A DNA stretch of 64,000 bases from Bacteroidetes bacterium 41-46 (GTDB lineage: Bacteria > Bacteroidota > Bacteroidia > Bacteroidales > UBA932): NCBI GenBank assembly GCA_001897515.1, contig MKTA01000019.1, positions 101,726 to 165,725 on the forward strand, read 5' to 3'. A program made the position numbers and the translations under genes. Shown piece after piece: positions 59,088-64,000 of this stretch; positions within the stretch are counted from its first letter, which is position 1; each line of letters opens with the position of its first letter. The notes below the pieces were generated by a model, which did no database searches, was not told the DNA's origin, and worked only from the letters and a program-made list of their open reading frames with translations.

Positions 59088-59438
59088 ATGGACAGAAAAT
59101 GCAGAGAGTGCGACAGAGTTGTATTTGGAAGAGTGGACAAGATTTTTTGCAGTGATGAGTGCAGAAATGCATATAACAATGCTCGCGAGAGAGAGAGAAA
59201 ACATGAGACAATTGAAATTGATAGAATTCTTAAGAAAAATTTAAGAATACTTAAAGAGCTTACCGCCGGAGGATATAAAAGGGTGGCTCAGGAAACCCTC
59301 TCCTCAATGGGTTTTGATTTCAGATATATCACATCAGTAAAATTTTCAAAAGGGGGTAAAATTCTGATGCAATGCTACAATTACTCATATGTAAACTCCT
59401 CAAAAGGAATAGTTTACATTAGAGAAAAAAATAATTGA
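59088..59438 (+). CDS. Zinc-ribbon-containing hypothetical protein (DUF2116-like)
   Basis: CxxC...GR.DK.FCSD.CRN.YNN, then I.RIL.KN.RIL and GFDF.Y.T. Confidence 0.75.
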   Translation: MDRKCRECDRVVFGRVDKIFCSDECRNAYNNARERERKHETIEIDRILKKNLRILKELTAGGYKRVAQETLSSMGFDFRYITSVKFSKGGKILMQCYNYSYVNSSKGIVYIREKNN

Positions 59439-59517
59439 TTTTGAATGAAAATATTATATACATTTGAGGCATAAAATAAAGCTAAACTCAGGATATAACA
59501 ATTTAAAATTCAATACA

Positions 59518-60411
59518 ATGAAAAGAATTTTCATTTTTACGGCACTTATTTTAGCTGTTCTCTCTCTATCGTCTTGCGTAGAGAGGTCTGCAAAATACAA
59601 AGCACTACAGGCACAGCTTGATTCTCTGGGAACTGCTCACTCTATTAAAAGCAGTGAGTTTGAAGAGGTATTTGCTACTCTGAATGAGGTTGAGGCGGGA
59701 CTTCAATCAATCAGAGAGGCCGAGAATATTCTTGTCTTACAATCACAGCAGGGCGGAGCGGAGATACAAGAGAATTCAAGAGAGAGACTGAAGGCAGATG
59801 TTGCTGCAGTAGGAGAAGCAATTAAGAGTTATAAAAAGCAGATAGACAAACTGAAAAATGACAATCGCATTCAGTCAAACCAGTTCAAGAAGAGGCTGGC
59901 TGCTCTTACAGCTGAATTAGATGCTAAATCTGATCTTATTGAGGATCTTGGCAGGCAACTGGCAGAGAAAGACAGACAACTTATAGTTAAAAGCCAGCAG
60001 ATTGAATCTTTGGATAAAACTGTAACAACTCTTAAAACTGAGGTGACCTCACTTAGCCAGACATCGGCATCTCAAAAGGAGACAATCGCTACTCAGGAGG
60101 CTCAGATTTACTCCGGTTATTACATTATTGGTTCAAAATCTCAACTAATTGAGGCGAATGTGATGTCAAAAGGCGGATTGTTCAAGTCGGCTAAAATTTC
60201 ATATCAGGCAGAACAATCGGCATTTATCAAAATTGACATACGAGAAGTTAAAGAGATAAATACTAACGCTGAACGTGCTAAAGTTTTATCGGTACATCCA
60301 ACAGGGACATACGCCTTTGAAACTGATGAAAACGGACTTCAGGTATTAAAAATTTCTCAGCCGGCAACATTCTGGGAGCAAACTAAATATCTGGTAATAC
60401 AAACACTTTAA
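59518..60411 (+). CDS. Coiled-coil lipoprotein (resembles the Cbp1 family)
   Basis: Lipobox LSSC; about 170-aa heptad coiled coil; C-terminal YYIIG.K..L, F.KID.R, K.LS.HP..TY, FW..TKYLVI. Confidence 0.6.
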   Translation: MKRIFIFTALILAVLSLSSCVERSAKYKALQAQLDSLGTAHSIKSSEFEEVFATLNEVEAGLQSIREAENILVLQSQQGGAEIQENSRERLKADVAAVGEAIKSYKKQIDKLKNDNRIQSNQFKKRLAALTAELDAKSDLIEDLGRQLAEKDRQLIVKSQQIESLDKTVTTLKTEVTSLSQTSASQKETIATQEAQIYSGYYIIGSKSQLIEANVMSKGGLFKSAKISYQAEQSAFIKIDIREVKEINTNAERAKVLSVHPTGTYAFETDENGLQVLKISQPATFWEQTKYLVIQTL

Positions 60412-60419
60412 ACTTATAT

Positions 60420-62534
60420 ATGAAAAAATTCGGAACAGTTATTGCTGCCATCTCTACACTAATTTTTTTAAATTCCTGTAATACAAAGATGACAGATGTT
60501 AATCCTTTGCTTGTAGCTTCTGAAAACCCTTTTGAAGCACCTGCGTTTGACAAAATTAAAAACGAACATTACAAACCTGCCTTTGAGGTGGCCATTAACG
60601 AGGGCAGGGCACAGATAGATTCTATTGTATCTAATCATGAAGAGCCATCTTTTGAAAACACAATTGTGGCTATGGAGTATGCCGGAAGAAGGCTAAACGG
60701 AATTGCCTCAATTTTCTTCAATCTTAACGAGGCTGCTACAGACTCGGTTATGCAGGCTCTTGCTCTTGAAATTTCGCCCCTGCTTACTGAATACTCTAAC
60801 GACATCATGCTTAATGATGCTCTTTTTAACAGGGTAAAAATAGTGTATGATAAAAGGGCAGAACTAAATTTGAACCTTGAGGATTCAAGGTTGCTTGAAG
60901 AGACCTATAAAGGATTCACCAGAAATGGTGCCAACCTAAGTTCTGAGGCAAAGGAGCGGTTCAGACAGATTAATACAGAGTTATCTCAGCTCTCTCTCCA
61001 GTTTGGGCAAAATGTACTGGCTGCTACAAACAAATTTTTCATACAAATAACAGACTCATCTCAGCTGGCAGGACTACCCCAATTTGTAATTGAAGCAGGA
61101 GCTGCAGAAGCTGCAGAAAGGTCACTTGAGGGTTGGGTTTACACACTTCAGGCACCAAGTTATGGGCCGTTTCTCCAATACAGTGAAAACAGAGATTTAA
61201 AGGAGAAGTTGTGGAGAGCTGCAAATACAAAAGCGTATAAAGATGAGTTTGACAACTCAGATATTGTTAGGAAAATAGTCTCTCTGAGAATTGAGAGGGC
61301 TAATCTGCTTGGATTTGAGACTCATGCAGACTATGTACTTGATGTAAACATGGCAAAAAGCTCCTCAACAGTTAACTCTTTTCTAAACAATCTTCTAGAT
61401 AAAACGCTGCCTTTTGCAAAAAAAGAGGTTGATGATATTCAGAAATATGCTAATTCTCTTGGATTCCAAGGTTTGTTAATGCCCTGGGATTTTAGCTACT
61501 ATTCAGAAAAATACAAGAATGAAAAGTATGCAATTAGTGACGAGTTATTGAAACCCTATTTCAAACTTGAGAACGTACAACAGGCAATCTTTGCTCTTGC
61601 AGACTCTCTGTATGGTTTAAAATTTAAAGAGAATTTAAATATTCCGGTTTACCATCCTGATGTAAAGGCGTATGAAGTTCACGATGCCGATGGAAGATTT
61701 CTCTCTCTGTTATACATGGACTTTTTTCCAAGAGCTAGCAAAAGAGGGGGCGCATGGATGACAACCTTCAGAGATATGTACTTTGAGAACGGAGTGGAGA
61801 AGAGACCTTTTGTTTCGCTGGTTTGCAACTTTACCAAACCAACTAAAGAGACCCCTTCTCTGCTTACCCATTATGAGTTTAACACTCTTCTGCATGAATT
61901 TGGCCACGCATTGCACGGTATTTTTGCAGAGGGGCAATATCCCTCACTGACCGGGACTAATGTTGCAAGGGATTTTGTAGAGCTACCCTCACAAATCATG
62001 GAGAACTGGGCAGTGAAGAAAGAGTTTCTGTCTTCTTTTGCAAAGCACTACCAGACAGGCGAGTCAATTCCGGCTGAACTTATAGATAAAATTGTTGCCG
62101 CAAAAAATTATTTAAGTGGTTATTCAAATGTAAGGCAACTTACATTTGGGATAAACGATATGGCTTGGCACTCTCTGAAATCTGTTCCGGAAGGGGATAT
62201 TGAGAGCATTGAAAAGAGAGCAACAAAGAGGACTCAACTACTTACTGATATTGAGGGCACCTGTTTTTCTCCCTCTTTCAGCCATATCTTTGCCGGAGGG
62301 TATTCAGCAGGATACTATAGCTATAAATGGGCAGAGGTACTTGAGGCAGATGCGTTTTCTCTGTTTGAAGAGAGAGGGATATTCTCAAAAGAGGTTGCTC
62401 ATTCGTTCAGAGAGAATATTCTCTCAAAAGGGAACATTGAAAATCCAGATATTTTGTACCGAAAATTCAGAGGAAGAGACCCTCAGCCTGACGCACTTCT
62501 TAAGAAATTCGGAATGACAGGCAGAAGCCAGTAA
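60420..62534 (+). CDS. dcp: M3 family metallopeptidase (peptidyl-dipeptidase Dcp-like), lipoprotein
   Basis: KRGGAWM, LLHEFGHALH, DFVELPSQIMEN, FSHIFAGGYSAGYYSYKWAEVL.AD. Confidence 0.93.
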   Translation: MKKFGTVIAAISTLIFLNSCNTKMTDVNPLLVASENPFEAPAFDKIKNEHYKPAFEVAINEGRAQIDSIVSNHEEPSFENTIVAMEYAGRRLNGIASIFFNLNEAATDSVMQALALEISPLLTEYSNDIMLNDALFNRVKIVYDKRAELNLNLEDSRLLEETYKGFTRNGANLSSEAKERFRQINTELSQLSLQFGQNVLAATNKFFIQITDSSQLAGLPQFVIEAGAAEAAERSLEGWVYTLQAPSYGPFLQYSENRDLKEKLWRAANTKAYKDEFDNSDIVRKIVSLRIERANLLGFETHADYVLDVNMAKSSSTVNSFLNNLLDKTLPFAKKEVDDIQKYANSLGFQGLLMPWDFSYYSEKYKNEKYAISDELLKPYFKLENVQQAIFALADSLYGLKFKENLNIPVYHPDVKAYEVHDADGRFLSLLYMDFFPRASKRGGAWMTTFRDMYFENGVEKRPFVSLVCNFTKPTKETPSLLTHYEFNTLLHEFGHALHGIFAEGQYPSLTGTNVARDFVELPSQIMENWAVKKEFLSSFAKHYQTGESIPAELIDKIVAAKNYLSGYSNVRQLTFGINDMAWHSLKSVPEGDIESIEKRATKRTQLLTDIEGTCFSPSFSHIFAGGYSAGYYSYKWAEVLEADAFSLFEERGIFSKEVAHSFRENILSKGNIENPDILYRKFRGRDPQPDALLKKFGMTGRSQ

Positions 62535-62544
62535 AATAATCCTG

Positions 62545-64000
62545 CTAAAAGAGAAGTCCTAACGATACTGAAATTAAAGATCTTGACGATCCTCTGCGTT
62601 GTATCTGCCTGAAACCGGCATTAACAAAGAGGGTCGTCTCCTTTTTATCACTAATGCTGTATCGGTATTTGACTCCACCACCCATTATCATCCTACCTGA
62701 TGTAGTATGATTATAGTCAGACTCCAGCAGATTTGAGGCAATTTTTAGGTTACCACTCTCAATTTCATTCCTGATATCCATCATCTCTCCCCACCCCTTT
62801 GAGGCTCCTCCCGATAGTGAGATATCCAGAATGGATCTTTTCCCTATAGCAAAGTTTCTGTTTGCAGAGAGCTCTCCACCTGCGCAATTAATCTCCTGAA
62901 GATAATATGATGGATAGACAATAAATTCCCCGAAAAACCTGTCCACTACTCCGCTAAGTGTAAATACCCAGTCAGGATTCCACCTACTCCCTCCTACCTC
63001 CATTGAATAGGAGCCTGTGTATTTTTCAAATTTGTCGTAATACCTTAAAGTCATTCCATACTCAAACCAACTCCAGGTGTTGACCTCTCCGGGGACCTGT
63101 TCATATAGGTTTTCAATCTTATATGAAAGTCTCTCTTTGAACCCTGCATGAAGTTTAATAAGATGTTTCGTAAGATTCCCTGTTATTGTTATCCCGGCGT
63201 TCATACTCAAATTCATACTTTCAATAAAGGCGTATCTTCTGAGGATGTTGTAATCATCAAAATCATTTTCATTACCATACTCTGCCGTTAACTCTCCGTA
63301 AAGAGCAGTATTTCCACTAAAAAACGAACCTTGAAGTGAGGCACCATAATAATCTGAAAAATATCCTCTATCCATTACTGTGGAATTTGTTATCCCCTCT
63401 CTCACAAACATCCACCCTCCCTGAAAATTATAAATATGTTTGCCGGTAACATCACCCAGGAATATGTAATCCGCTCTCTCTGCATCATGTCTGTAAAGAA
63501 GGCTGGCACCTGCCATGAATCCCCCTTTTCTGATTGTTACAGATGGTCTGACCTCAATTGAGGATGCGACATTTCTGTTTCTGCCGTCAACTCTTTTCGC
63601 CGCAGTTGCTGTTTCATAATCAAATCCTATTCCGGCTGACAAAGTTTTATTTACCCGATAACCCACTCCCGCAGATATTCTGTAATTTTCACCAGTAACC
63701 CGGCCTGGAATAGAGTCTGTCATCATATTAATTACTGACCTTGGTTTTATCGTACCCGACCATGCCTGACCTCTCTTTTCAATATGATCAAAATTAAAAG
63801 AGCCATAAAAGAAGATATCTCTTCCGGAGAGAAACGACTCCGTGCCGACAGATGCTTTTGCCATCACTTCAGGATCGTCAACTCTTTTATAATCACCTGT
63901 TACAAATTCTACACCTCCGTTAACTTGGGACAAGCTGCCAAAGTCATTAACAGTTAATCCTGCTGCGTTTTTTGACGTCAGCCATGGGTAAAGGATTTTG
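62545..64000 (-). CDS. DUF6850-like outer-membrane beta-barrel protein (5' end outside the window)
   Basis: Frame is open to the window edge (KILYPWLTSKNAAGL...); alternating beta-strand pattern, Y....AAKR.D.R motif, C-terminal Phe. Confidence 0.7.
   Translation of the reverse strand, partial: KILYPWLTSKNAAGLTVNDFGSLSQVNGGVEFVTGDYKRVDDPEVMAKASVGTESFLSGRDIFFYGSFNFDHIEKRGQAWSGTIKPRSVINMMTDSIPGRVTGENYRISAGVGYRVNKTLSAGIGFDYETATAAKRVDGRNRNVASSIEVRPSVTIRKGGFMAGASLLYRHDAERADYIFLGDVTGKHIYNFQGGWMFVREGITNSTVMDRGYFSDYYGASLQGSFFSGNTALYGELTAEYGNENDFDDYNILRRYAFIESMNLSMNAGITITGNLTKHLIKLHAGFKERLSYKIENLYEQVPGEVNTWSWFEYGMTLRYYDKFEKYTGSYSMEVGGSRWNPDWVFTLSGVVDRFFGEFIVYPSYYLQEINCAGGELSANRNFAIGKRSILDISLSGGASKGWGEMMDIRNEIESGNLKIASNLLESDYNHTTSGRMIMGGGVKYRYSISDKKETTLFVNAGFRQIQRRGSSRSLISVSLGLLF

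Noticed and set aside
1-64000. tRNA, rRNA, IS elements, integrases, prophage, defence systems
   Set aside because: No cloverleaf-sized structured gaps, transposase/integrase motifs, terminal repeats or phage genes seen

Overview
A gene-dense chromosomal window from a Bacteroidota (Bacteroidales-like) bacterium. The assignment rests on TAnnTTTG promoters at most transcription starts, A-rich translation starts that mostly lack Shine-Dalgarno (SD) sequences, the secY-map-infA gene order and Bacteroidota-type families (GSCFA, DUF4270, DUF4294, DUF3098, DUF5686, DUF6850). Housekeeping content includes alaS, cysS, fmt, lptF/lptG, tgt, queG, fabF/acpP, purN, uppP, lpxH, ftsX and HU, plus a 22-gene ribosomal operon (rplP to rplQ). 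That operon begins abruptly at rplP, behind its own promoter, a 24-codon leader ORF and a long hairpin, so the S10 operon is split between rpsC and rplP. The accessory right half (39-56 kb) holds an M20 amidohydrolase, an orphan TonB-dependent receptor, two S9 peptidases and two paralogous 14-blade propeller sensor histidine kinases. The second kinase has lost its phospho-accepting His (H to Q) and about 23 aa of its DHp hairpin but keeps intact ATP-binding boxes. This kinase/pseudokinase pair, with no adjacent response regulator, is the best candidate for an undescribed system. SD-like sequences also cluster in front of several 50S protein genes. No tRNA, rRNA, CRISPR array or mobile element was seen. 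All family assignments come from motif recognition by eye; no database searches were run.
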